This document shows positions 27,216 to 36,986 of a stretch of DNA of 64,000 nt, in pieces. Position 1 is the first letter of the stretch; every line of letters starts with the position of its first letter. Origin of the DNA: an uncultured delta proteobacterium (GTDB lineage: Bacteria; Desulfobacterota; BSN033; UBA1163). Under the pieces are notes generated by a model. That model did no database searches and was not told the DNA's origin. It saw only the letters and a list, made by a program, of their open reading frames with translations. The stretch lies in NCBI GenBank assembly GCA_963708295.1, contig CAVPSJ010000015.1:64001-128000 (forward strand), written 5' to 3'. The position numbers and the translations under genes are program-made.

Positions 27216-27445
27216 ATGAGGAAGGCTACCTCTTAGAAGGAGGTACACTGGTTCTGGGCTAGAAGACGAGAAATGAAGCTGGGTATCTACAGGGCAAGTC
27301 ATTGCGGCGAATCCAAGAGCCTCCCGAACCAACCGGGGGCAAGAAGTCACTCCTTATCAGCATCGGGACAGCCAAAGGCAGGTGAAAGGCCGGACCTTGC
27401 CTCTGAGCATTCTTGAGCAGCCTCAGGAATAATCGCTTTTTCACT
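27153..27445. mobile_element. Miniature element of the same family as 26122..26316
   Basis: ACAGGCGCTGAAAAACGCC ... TTCTTGAGCAGCCT ... TTTTTCAC. Confidence 0.45.
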
Positions 27446-27474
27446 GCAATGAGGTTCTTTCGGGAACATGAATC

Positions 27475-28539
27475 TTATGATCTCTTCTCGCCGAATAAAC
27501 TCCTCAAACGCATCAAAAGACTCATGTCCCCCGTCGCTGTGTATTTGCCCTCCATAAAAGCCTGCTGTCCGTCCATCTCTTTATTCGCGATGGCGATCCA
27601 GACTTCCGAGGGGGTTTTAATGGTAAGGTCCGGAGAATTCGCTTTCCCTTCGTGATAGGTGCATTTTCCGGTATCGATAGAGAGAAGCCAGTCGCCGGTT
27701 TGTCTTCCGGTCACCTCAAATTGGATGGTTGCCTTGAGATCCCCGGCGGCTTGAGAATTGAAAGAGGCCGCCATTCCTCTGAGCAGAAGTCTCATATCTT
27801 CGATCTTCCCTTGCACAGGCTTTCCCTGGGTGATTCCTTCGAGGTGGCTATCCCACCAGAGATTGGCCATTTCGGCCAACGCATCGGGCGGGACAAGAGG
27901 TTTCTGGATTTGAGCCTCGGTTTCTTTCGAAACCCTTCCGTCCGGATCACCTCAACCCCTGCTCGATAGGCTGCCTGGAGAACACCTTGAACACTCTCCT
28001 GCATTCCCTTTTGTTTCAAAAGCTCCCCTCCGGGCATCAACAGTTCTCCGATGATAGGTGCGCCCCCATTCCGCTCCATATGGCGGAAGACTGTGCCTAA
28101 GCCCGTCGAAATGAGAAACCTCGGGAAAACCGCAGGTTGAAAGAAGGACCATCTTCCGGTTCGCGGCATATCTCTGGGGATGTCGATAAGTTTCACCCGC
28201 TTTGGTCAGATGAGGGTCAAGAAGAGGGAGAAGCCTTTCCTGAAAGGCTTTTAGGAGAGCGGTCATATTATAGTTGTACAGAGGGGTTGCATAGACAAGG
28301 ATGTCGCACGCCTTAACCTTCTCCAAGAGGTCCGGCATATCATCCTTGAATACACAGACTCCCGGGGTCTTTGCCCAGCAGGTGTAACATCCCACGCAGG
28401 AATGAATCTCCTTTTCTTTCAGGTAGATCGTTTCGGTTTCAGCCCCCTGACTCCGTGCTCCCTTCAGAAATTCCTGAAGAAGAATCTCCGTATTACTGTT
28501 TTTGGGCCGCGGGCTTCCCTGGATGGCCAATATCTTCAT
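27475..28539 (-). CDS. NAD(P)H-dependent FMN reductase/iron-sulfur flavoprotein fused to an SCP2 sterol-binding domain, two frameshifts
   Basis: MKILAIQGSPR, CVGCYTCW...C, ATPLY, STCGFPE; C-terminal IQFEVTG...DGQQAFMEGKYTATGD; breaks near 28090 and 27930. Confidence 0.8.
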
Positions 28540-28559
28540 TTTTTTCTCTCCTTTCTGGG

Positions 28560-29517
28560 TCAAGTCTTCCTCCTCGCTCTTTCAGGAGGACGAAAAAGAT
28601 CTCCCATTTTCACTAGTAAATTCATATCTCCCTTAACTTCATAAAGCCCATCCATCAGAGCCTGTGCCCGATTGATCTCCTGGCGGGCGATCTTCATCCA
28701 GACATCGGCCGGAGAGCGGATCGTCAGGCGTAGGAGAGGGAGCATCTCCTTCGCGGAATGAGCACTTTCCCTGTGAAATGGATAGCACCCCTTTTACTCC
28801 TCCCTCCCCGAAAAGGTCAAACTGGATCTCCGCCTTGAGATCTCCGGCAGCTTCGGGACGAAAGCCCATGGGCATCCGCGAGATGAGTTCTTTGGCGGTG
28901 TCCGGAAGAAGGGATGGATCAATGGGTTGAGAGGAGAACTGCCGCTTCAGATAATATTTCGGATAGATCTTAACCACAGGAAGACCCACCCCCAAAATAA
29001 TGATCAATGGAATCAGGATGGAGAAAAGAGGCTTTCCATGCCCGAGCCCGCTTGAAAGGAAATTGACGAAGAAGAGGATACTCCAAAAATAGGTGAGATG
29101 AAGGTTGATCGTTCGAAAATGAGGAGTATTCCAAACCCTTTCCGGCGTCATTTGCTTGGCGATGGCGTAGGTGAAAGGATCGTAGCCGAATAATTGAGGG
29201 ACGAATGTTGTCAAGAAAAGAGCGAAGTAGAGAAGTGTCGTAGAATGGTCGACAAATAAGGAAGAGATAGGACCAGGCGTTGAATAGATCCATACCGTCC
29301 CAAATCCAAGGAACCCGAGAAAGGTTCTTTCTAAGTAACTGGTATGCTTGATCACCTTTTTTGAGAGGATGAATTGAGTCCCCGCAAGGATGAGACCGAT
29401 CACGGTAGCCACTTTCGCCTGTGCCAAAGTGGCGTCGCCGACCCGGGCCACGACCTTGAAAGCAAGGACCGGGACAAAGGAGGTGATAAAGAGGATAGTC
29501 TTTATTTTCAGCTTCAT
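28560..29517 (-). CDS. Membrane protein with C-terminal SCP2 domain, one frameshift near 28720
   Basis: About 6 TM helices with PFTYAIAK and FRTINLHLTYFW; SCP2 tail IQFDL...AQALMDGLYEVKGD. Confidence 0.75.
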
Positions 29518-29547
29518 ACGTGTGGCCTCCCTGGTTTTTCAAATCAA

Positions 29548-29677
29548 CCTTTTGACCTTCGTCGGTCTAGAGCCGGGTGTTTCCTTAGCCTGCCTGCCGG
29601 TAGACAGGGGGTGATGCCGAGCGGCCCTTTTCACCTCGTTTTGAAGGCGGGTTAGGCGCCAACGAAGGTTCAAAAGG
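29548..29677. mobile_element. Palindromic miniature element
   Basis: Imperfect terminal inverted repeats CCTTTTGACCTTCGTCGG / CCAACGAAGGTTCAAAAGG; internal CCTGCCTGCCGGTAGACAGG hairpin. Confidence 0.5.
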
Positions 29678-29705
29678 GTCACTTCTTTCTGGTGACTTGA
29701 TTCCG

Positions 29706-31082
29706 TTACCGCAGAAGAAATCTCATGATCCTCTTAATCTTTTTCAATTCCGTTTGATAGGGTGGATATTTCATTCTTGCATCGAATGAGAAGCTCCTTC
29801 TCAGGACGCTCTTGTAGTGGGTAAAGGAGTCAAAGCCCGCTTTTCCATGATAACTTCCAAAACCGCTATCCCCGACTCCCCCGAATGGCAAGTCGCTCCC
29901 AACGATGTGGCTCACGGTGTCGTTAATACATACTCCTCCGGAGGAAGTTTTTCTTAAAATGGCCTCCTGGATACTTTGATTATCCGTAAACAAATAAAGC
30001 GCGAGGGGTTTAGGTTTGGAGTTAATCCGACCGATCACGTCTTCCATGGTCTCAAATTCAAGGATGGGTAAGATCGGGCCAAATATTTCATCCTCCATCA
30101 CCGGAGCGGCCGGTTTGACGTTTGAGAGCAGCGTCGGGGAGATAAACAGATCTTTCTTATCGTGCTCTCCCCCGAAGAGCACCGTCCCATCTTCCAAGTA
30201 TTTCGTCAGTCTTTCAAAATGGTTTCCATTGATAATCCGCGCATAATCCTTGCTTTGTTGCGGTGACGGGCCGTAGAACTTACGGATGCCACTGACCAAG
30301 GCTTCTACGAATCTCTTACTGATATCGCGATGAACCAAGAGATAATCCGGAGCTACACAGGTCTGTCCTGCATTCATGAATTTCCCCCACAGGATCCTTC
30401 TGGAGGCCACCTCGATATTTGCATCTTTCCATACGACGCAGGGGCTTTTCCCGCCGAGCTCTAAGGTGACAGGGGTTAAATGCTGGGACGCTGCACGCAT
30501 CACCATTTTCCCGACGTTTGTGCTACCGGTAAAAAAGATGTGGTCAAATTTTTCTTCCAGCAAGGCCCGAGAGGCCTCAACCCCTCCCTCCACCACCGTG
30601 AGGTAGTCTGGGTTAAAGGTGTCACGGATGATATCCACCAGGACTGCGGATGTGTGCGGGGCGTATTCCGATGGCTTGAGAACGGCGCAGTTCCCAGCAG
30701 CGATGGCTCCGATCAAAGGCACAAGGGTCAATTGAAATGGGTAATTCCAGGGAGAAAGAATCAATACCACTCCTGCCGGCTCGGAATAGACCAGGCTTTT
30801 GGCGGGAAAGTGGATGAGGGGCGTTCTCACTCTCTTCGGTCTCACCCATTGCCTAATTCTTTTTAGGGCATAGTCGATGTCCGCTACGGTCATGAGGACT
30901 TCCGAATTGTACGCCTCGATCTCTGATTTTCTGAGGTCTTTGTACAACGCCTCAAGGACTGACTTTTCATTACGCTCGATGCTGTCTTTTAGTTTTTTGA
31001 GCTGGCCAATTCTAAATTCTAGAGGCACCGTTTTGCCGCTATTAAAAAAGTCCCGCTGTCTTTGAATAAGAGCTCCAAACAT
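29706..31082 (-). CDS. Aldehyde dehydrogenase (ALDH3/fatty-aldehyde type)
   Basis: PWNYP, KPSE, FTGS, LELGGKSP, NAGQTCVAPDY, EIFGP, PFGGVGDSG. Confidence 0.95.
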   Translation of the reverse strand: MFGALIQRQRDFFNSGKTVPLEFRIGQLKKLKDSIERNEKSVLEALYKDLRKSEIEAYNSEVLMTVADIDYALKRIRQWVRPKRVRTPLIHFPAKSLVYSEPAGVVLILSPWNYPFQLTLVPLIGAIAAGNCAVLKPSEYAPHTSAVLVDIIRDTFNPDYLTVVEGGVEASRALLEEKFDHIFFTGSTNVGKMVMRAASQHLTPVTLELGGKSPCVVWKDANIEVASRRILWGKFMNAGQTCVAPDYLLVHRDISKRFVEALVSGIRKFYGPSPQQSKDYARIINGNHFERLTKYLEDGTVLFGGEHDKKDLFISPTLLSNVKPAAPVMEDEIFGPILPILEFETMEDVIGRINSKPKPLALYLFTDNQSIQEAILRKTSSGGVCINDTVSHIVGSDLPFGGVGDSGFGSYHGKAGFDSFTHYKSVLRRSFSFDARMKYPPYQTELKKIKRIMRFLLR

Positions 31083-31139
31083 CCTTCCCTCCGTTCTTAC
31101 GGGTTTATTTTCTTTATAAACATTTTTGACAGATCCAGA

Positions 31140-31724
31140 TTACACTCCCCTGCTACTTTTTTTCCCCAGGATCAGAAGCTTTCCCGTTTCTTTGATGGTT
31201 TCCATGATATCATGGTCGTCATCCGCAAATGCATTGTTATTCACTAAGAAGGCAAGGCCATGGGCAAAAATCCACATCTTCATCAGCACATCTCTTAATG
31301 TCTGCTCATCCAGGCCTTCAAGAATCGGATCGGCTTTCATATTTCGAGTGAGATTTCTTAAAGCAGCTTCTCTGATCCTTTTCTCAATCTCTTGGTATCG
31401 ATCTTTCCCTTCCTTCCTTTGATGGAGGAAACGAAAAAGGTTTTTCTCTTCCTTAGCGAACAAGATATACCCAACGCCCATGTCAAGAAATACCTGTCCG
31501 GTTCTTGGAGTCGTTTGATAGGCAATGAGCAGGTCAACCGCCTTCTTCCTCAATTCCTCATACAGGCTATTCATTGATTTAAGGTAAGAATAGATGGGCA
31601 TGGTGGAGCAACTCAATTCTTTGGCGAGGGAGCGCGCCGTAAGATTATCCCATCCCTTTGTCCGAACGATCTCAAAAGCCGCATCGATAAAGGCATCTTT
31701 AGTAAACGAGCTTTTCAAAGGCAT
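31140..31724 (-). CDS. TetR/AcrR family regulator
   Basis: N-terminal HTH AAFEIVRTKGWDNLTARSLAKELSCSTMPIYSY; C-terminal WIFAHG. Confidence 0.9.
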   Translation of the reverse strand: MPLKSSFTKDAFIDAAFEIVRTKGWDNLTARSLAKELSCSTMPIYSYLKSMNSLYEELRKKAVDLLIAYQTTPRTGQVFLDMGVGYILFAKEEKNLFRFLHQRKEGKDRYQEIEKRIREAALRNLTRNMKADPILEGLDEQTLRDVLMKMWIFAHGLAFLVNNNAFADDDHDIMETIKETGKLLILGKKSSRGV

Positions 31725-31744
31725 TTACCCATTCCCTTCATCTA

Positions 31745-31784
31745 ATAACAAGTGTTATATAACATCTGTTATTTTATTTGTCAA
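31745..31784 (-). promoter_or_regulatory. Sigma70 promoter with tandem TetR-type operators
   Basis: Abutting palindromes ATAACA-AG-TGTTAT and ATAACA-TC-TGTTAT overlap the -10; TTGACA on - at 31779-31784. Confidence 0.7.
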
Positions 31785-31975
31785 ATGAATTCTTACAAAC
31801 CAAAGACAAGTGAAAGAAGATAAGAAGGAAGTTATGTCATGTAGGAATACTAAATGATAACGAGCAATTATATGTACTATACTTCCATTTCTTAAAGGAC
31901 TGAGTGGGTACCTTGGATAACATCACTGATGGCTATTTTCATGCTTTTTGTTCCGCGGATAAAACGTTGGTTCAC

Positions 31976-33010
31976 TTAGGAAGCGGTCTTTGCCCTTGCC
32001 GCCTCCAGCAATTCCTGAGCTTCTGCGACAGTTCGTTCAATCACCTCTTTGCAGGTGGGGATATCTTCCATCAACCCGATGGCCTGGCTCATGGGCAGCA
32101 CTCCCGTTTCTAAGTCACCGTTATCAATGGCAGCCTGGAGTCCTTTAAGACTGAGTGCCTGACGGGCAAGGTCCCGAACACCTCGCTGTTGAAGGCCTCC
32201 TAAGAGAAGCTTGGAAAAGGGAACATGGATCATACGTTTGATGCGAAGAGCACTGGACAGGGCCTGAAAGAGAGACGGCCTCCGTTCTGCCATCTTGAGG
32301 GCGGCCGGGTTTTTGAGCCATCTTCCCGGCAAGCCATCGATCTTCTCGGAACAGATCGTATCTTCCATGGTGGCTTTAAGGGAAAGTTCTTTTGCCTTCT
32401 GGTGCATACTGCATTCCTGAGTCAACATGAACCGGGTGCCCATGGAAATTCCTTCCGCCCCCAAAACCAGAGCGGCCGCTAATCCGCGACCGCCGGAGAA
32501 ACCACCTGCGGCGATAATCGGAAGTTTTGATTGGCGAGCGATCGAAGGGATCAATACCAACGTGCCTACTTCTGCTCCATGGGCTGCTGCCTCGTGACCC
32601 GTCACCACGAGAGCATCTACTCCATCCATTTCGGCTCGACGAGCATGCTTCTCGATGGCCACCGTCGCCAAAACCTTACCCCCATAGGCATGGGCGGCCT
32701 TAATAATCCAATCGCCTTTTCCCAGAGCAAAATTTATAATCGGAACCTTTTCCTCAAGAGCGACCTCCAAATTTTCTCTCGCGTTGGGGAAGACCAGGGT
32801 GGCATTTACGCCGAAGGGTTTATCCGTAAGAGATTTTACCTGCCGGATCACATCCTTTATTTGATCGGGAGTATAGGCGACGCAGTTCAGCATCCCCATT
32901 CCCCCCGCATTCGAAACTGCCGCAACCAGTCTTGGCAAACTCACGAAGGCCATTCCTGCGAGCATAATCGGGTGCTTGATTCCCAGGAGCTCAGTCATTC
33001 TTGTTTTCAT
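31976..33010 (-). CDS. Nitronate monooxygenase / FabK-like enoyl-ACP reductase
   Basis: LLGIKHPIMLAGM, AAVSNAGGMG, KPFGVN, GHEAAAH, IAAGG, MGTRF. Confidence 0.88.
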   Translation of the reverse strand: MKTRMTELLGIKHPIMLAGMAFVSLPRLVAAVSNAGGMGMLNCVAYTPDQIKDVIRQVKSLTDKPFGVNATLVFPNARENLEVALEEKVPIINFALGKGDWIIKAAHAYGGKVLATVAIEKHARRAEMDGVDALVVTGHEAAAHGAEVGTLVLIPSIARQSKLPIIAAGGFSGGRGLAAALVLGAEGISMGTRFMLTQECSMHQKAKELSLKATMEDTICSEKIDGLPGRWLKNPAALKMAERRPSLFQALSSALRIKRMIHVPFSKLLLGGLQQRGVRDLARQALSLKGLQAAIDNGDLETGVLPMSQAIGLMEDIPTCKEVIERTVAEAQELLEAARAKTAS

Positions 33011-33269
33011 TTTCTTCTCCTCTGATGCCATTTTTTTTCGATTCAAAAGGAAACGCAAAAGGTGAACGAGGCGATTATCTCAGATTTGACCCAATTTTTC
33101 AACCTCAACGGACTTCACGTTTTTTCCTCCATGATGACACAGTTATCGCCTATCCATTTGACGGGGATCGACTTCACCCGGTTCATCTTTGCAAATAATT
33201 CTTGTAGTTTGATAGTGGATATGATAAATATTCCCAAATCCTTAATGGTTTCAGAAAGGAGACGGGGAA

Positions 33270-34386
33270 GTGGCTTCCTATAAGGTTATCTTTCTAGGCA
33301 TCTCCGTGGTCGGACCGGAAGAGGAGGGTCGTTTGCTCAGCGGCCTCCAGAAGAGATTTAATCTGACCCCCGGAAAGGCTGAAGGCTTGCTCCAAAAAGT
33401 CCCCGTCGTCGTAAAAAAAGGCCTTTCAAAACTGGAGGCGGAAAGGTTTGTGAGGGCTTTTGAGGAGATCGGGGGGAGAGTCGAGGTAGAGGAGGAGATT
33501 CCCGCTCCGGAAATTACTCTGGATCATGAGACCGCAGCAGGACCGGGACCTAAACCCGGCCCCGGGCCTGAGCCGAAGCCCACTCCTTTGAGCCCTGAGC
33601 CTAAAAAGAAGGCTTACAAAGTGGGAATGGTGAGCTTGTCCCCAATGTGGGTTCGAGCAGCCTCAAACCGATGAGTGCGTTAAATGCGGGATCATCATTT
33701 CCAAATATGTCCAATTTCAGGAGACGGCTCGATCGGTTGAGGGTCAGGTTCGAGAGATTTCCGCGGAAGAGTACACCCCATGGGAGAGTGGAGAAGGATT
33801 CATAAACGCCTTTTACAGAACGACACGGGATTGCCTCTTTTCACCCGTCGGGTTCTTTAGGAGGATTTCGGTCGGTGAGGGATACTGGACTCCGCTGATC
33901 TATGGGTTGATCACAGGGATCATTGGACAAGGTGCCGCGTTCTTTTGGGTTTGGCTTTTCATGGCACAATTCATTCCATTAGATAAGTTGCCTTTTCAGT
34001 ATAGTTTTTCCATCCTCCAGTTTATTATTCCTTTACCCTTCCAGCAAGCCATCATCCTTTTTATCGCCAGTGCTGTCATTCACCTCTGTCTCATGGTTGT
34101 AGGAGGGAACCACAAGGGGTACAAGACAACCTTCCGCGCCATTTGTTATTCCAACAGCGCTCAACTTTTTAATATTGTCCCTTTCATTGGGAGTATTATC
34201 GGATTTATTTATATGATCATCCTCTTTATCCTTGGGGTAAGAGAGGGGCACGGCATTCGAACTGGGAAGGCAGTTCTAGCCGTCCTCCTCCCGGTGATTA
34301 TAATCCTCGCACTCATTATTATTGCCGTGGTTCTCGCGATCATGTTCGTCGGGTCAATGGGGTTCTTTAGCGGGGTGCGAACGTAA
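33270..34386 (+). CDS. Zinc-ribbon plus Yip1-domain membrane protein, one frameshift near 33640
   Basis: N-terminal PVVVKKGL..AE.F...GG, Pro-rich linker, CPQC...CVKCG, PWE, then 5 TM helices with TFRAICYS. Confidence 0.7.
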
Positions 34387-34415
34387 GCCTGAGTCAAGAG
34401 CTTTCGTTTTCATCC

Positions 34416-34440
34416 AAGGGGCGTACGGCCCTTTTTTTTT
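34416..34440 (+). terminator. Intrinsic terminator
   Basis: AAGGGGC-gtacg-GCCC followed by a T9 run. Confidence 0.7.
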
Positions 34441-34573
34441 AATGACTGAAGAAGGAGTTGAGATAAAAACGTCAGGAGCGAAGAGTTCAACGTGGCGAGT
34501 TAAAGAAAGGGATGAATGACGGAGAGCTTTTCAACACGGGCCATCCATCCTTAGCCATCAAGTTCTGAGGACG

Positions 34574-36754
34574 ATGAAGAGAAAAAGAGCAAAAAGAGAG
34601 AAAGAACGGGATCCCGGGGAGGTCCGCCGGGATTTTTCTGGCGAACAAATCCTTGACCTGATGAGGGAAGAAGACCGGCCTCTTCTTTTGAAAGAAATTC
34701 TCCGGCGGTTGGGCCTTGAAAAGGAGCAAAGACATCAAGCGAGAGAAACCCTGAAGGATCTGGCGGATGGGGGAAAAGTTGTTCGGATTCGAGGAAACCG
34801 TTACGGCCTTTCGTCGAAGATGAACCTGGTCGTGGGCAGGGTCAAGACGCACCCGGATGGATATGGATTTGTCATTCCCGAAGCAGAGGGAGAGGAAGAT
34901 GTCTTCATCGGCCCCAGAAATCTCAAAGAGGCGATGCACGGAGATCGTGTCGTCGCAAGAATCGAGTCCATCCGGAGGAAGGGCAAAGAAGGCAGCGTCA
35001 TCCGGATCCTGGAACGAAAGACGCGGAAGGTCGTGGGTAAGTTTATGAGGGCCAAGAATTATGCCTACGTCCTTCCGGAGGATGAACGGATCCTCCAGGA
35101 AGTCTACATCCCGGAAGGAGAGACAAAGAGAGCGAGGCCGAGTCAGATTGTGGTGGCGGAGATCACCCAGTATCCGATGGAAAGGACGAGACCGGTAGGG
35201 AAAGTGACTCACATTTTGGGATACCCTGATGATCCGGAGATTGAACCCCAAATCATGATTCACAAATACGACCTTCCTGATCGGTTTACATCCGCCGCGT
35301 TGAAAGAGGCGCTCGACCTCCCTCCGATTCCGTCGCCCCATGAATGCCGGGGCCGAGTTGACTTGAGAGGGATTCCGACCTTCACCATCGATGGAGAAAA
35401 CGCAAGAGATTTCGATGACGCCGTTTCCATTGAGAGAGAAAGAGAAGGAGGCGTCAAACTCTATGTGTCGATCTCCGATGTCAGTCACTATGTCGAGGAA
35501 GGGAGTGCCTTGGATGACGAAGCGTATCTCCGGGGGACCAGCGTCTATTTTCCAGACCGCGCGATTCCTATGTTCCCGCCCGAGCTCTCGAATGAGATCT
35601 GTTGTCTCCACCCCAAAGTCGACCGGCTGACTCTTACAGCCGAGTTGACCTATGACGGAAACGGGGAGGGAAGGGAAGTTCGATTCTATCCCAGTGTGAT
35701 CCGAAGCAACGAGAGGCTGACCTACACAGGGGTTAGAAAAATCCTGGTGGATGGGGAGATGGAACTCAGAGAGAGATTCAGCCCTCTCCTCCCTTCCCTG
35801 GACCTTATGGCGGATCTCTGTCGAAAACTTCGCCGGAAACGAATCGAAAGAGGAACCATAGATTTCGATCTTCCGGAACCCGAGGTCATCCTCAATCTCC
35901 AAGGGGAGGCAGAGGACATCATTCGGGCAGAGAGAAGCCTCGCTCACCAGATTATTGAAGAGTTCATGATCGCCGCCAATGAGGCCGTCGCTCGGTTTAT
36001 GGAGGAAAAAGGGGTTCCGTTCATCTATCGCATCCATGAACCTCCGAAGGAAGAAGCGATGGATGAGTTCCGAAGGTTTATTTCCCATTTCGGATACAAA
36101 ATGAAAAAGGAGCCAGGCCATTCTCCAAAAGAAATCCAGAGAGTCCTTTCGGATGTCAAGGGAAGGCCTGAAGAAAGGGTTGTGAACGAAATTCTTCTTC
36201 GGTCGATGAAGTGGGCCAAGTATTCAGCCAAGAACTTGGGACACTTCGGCCTGGCCTCCGACGGCTACACCCATTTTACTTCTCCCATCCGAAGGTATCC
36301 TGATCTGATGGTTCACCGGTTCTTGAAAAAAGTGCTCTCCGGGGAAGCGATGAGAATCCAGGAGGAGGTTTTAGCCAACAAGGCTGCCCATCTCTCCAAT
36401 AGGGAAAGGGTGGCCATGGAGGCGGAGAGGGAAATTCTGAACCGATACAGGGTCCGCTTCATGAAGGATAAGATCGGCGAGGAATTTGAAGGAGTGATCA
36501 GCGGAGTGACCGCTTTTGGCTTCTTTGTAGAGCTGAAGGATATTTTTGTAGAAGGGCTGGTGAGGGTGACCAGCCTTCATGATGACTACTATCAGTACCA
36601 CGAAAAACGGTATGCTCTCGTTGGCGAGAGGACCCACAAAGCTTTCAGAATTGGAGACGAAGTCAGGGTCAGTCTGGAGCGGGTGGATGTGGAAAGAAGA
36701 CATATTGATTTTGGAATGATTAAAAAGACGGAAAGAGTGAGAGATGGGAAATAA
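34574..36754 (+). CDS. rnr: Ribonuclease R
   Basis: HPDGYGFV, TIDGENARDFDDA, IEEFMIAANE, HFGLA..YTHFTSPIRRYPDL, C-terminal S1 domain. Confidence 0.97.
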   Translation: MKRKRAKREKERDPGEVRRDFSGEQILDLMREEDRPLLLKEILRRLGLEKEQRHQARETLKDLADGGKVVRIRGNRYGLSSKMNLVVGRVKTHPDGYGFVIPEAEGEEDVFIGPRNLKEAMHGDRVVARIESIRRKGKEGSVIRILERKTRKVVGKFMRAKNYAYVLPEDERILQEVYIPEGETKRARPSQIVVAEITQYPMERTRPVGKVTHILGYPDDPEIEPQIMIHKYDLPDRFTSAALKEALDLPPIPSPHECRGRVDLRGIPTFTIDGENARDFDDAVSIEREREGGVKLYVSISDVSHYVEEGSALDDEAYLRGTSVYFPDRAIPMFPPELSNEICCLHPKVDRLTLTAELTYDGNGEGREVRFYPSVIRSNERLTYTGVRKILVDGEMELRERFSPLLPSLDLMADLCRKLRRKRIERGTIDFDLPEPEVILNLQGEAEDIIRAERSLAHQIIEEFMIAANEAVARFMEEKGVPFIYRIHEPPKEEAMDEFRRFISHFGYKMKKEPGHSPKEIQRVLSDVKGRPEERVVNEILLRSMKWAKYSAKNLGHFGLASDGYTHFTSPIRRYPDLMVHRFLKKVLSGEAMRIQEEVLANKAAHLSNRERVAMEAEREILNRYRVRFMKDKIGEEFEGVISGVTAFGFFVELKDIFVEGLVRVTSLHDDYYQYHEKRYALVGERTHKAFRIGDEVRVSLERVDVERRHIDFGMIKKTERVRDGK

Positions 36755-36986
36755 AGTGTCCCGGCCATTGTTTGAGTTGCCGGACAATGTCAAGATAACC
36801 CTTCTTACGGGTTCCACCTACCTATCTTCAGTGAAAGGATGATCAGAGAGTTGATGATTACGGGTAGAAACACGCACAGTTTATAAATTTCGTTTGTTGG
36901 GAAAACGAAAAGGGATGCAGCCTAAATAATCATCAGAACTGCATCCCTTCTTCTCAAGGTTCAATACCCGAAAACCTTTAGTTAAA

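Noticed and set aside
34487-36121. 544-aa antisense ORF
   Set aside because: Shadow of rnr on the opposite strand with no recognisable motifs; the same applies to the long antisense ORFs over hrpB, the ONR gene and the kinases.
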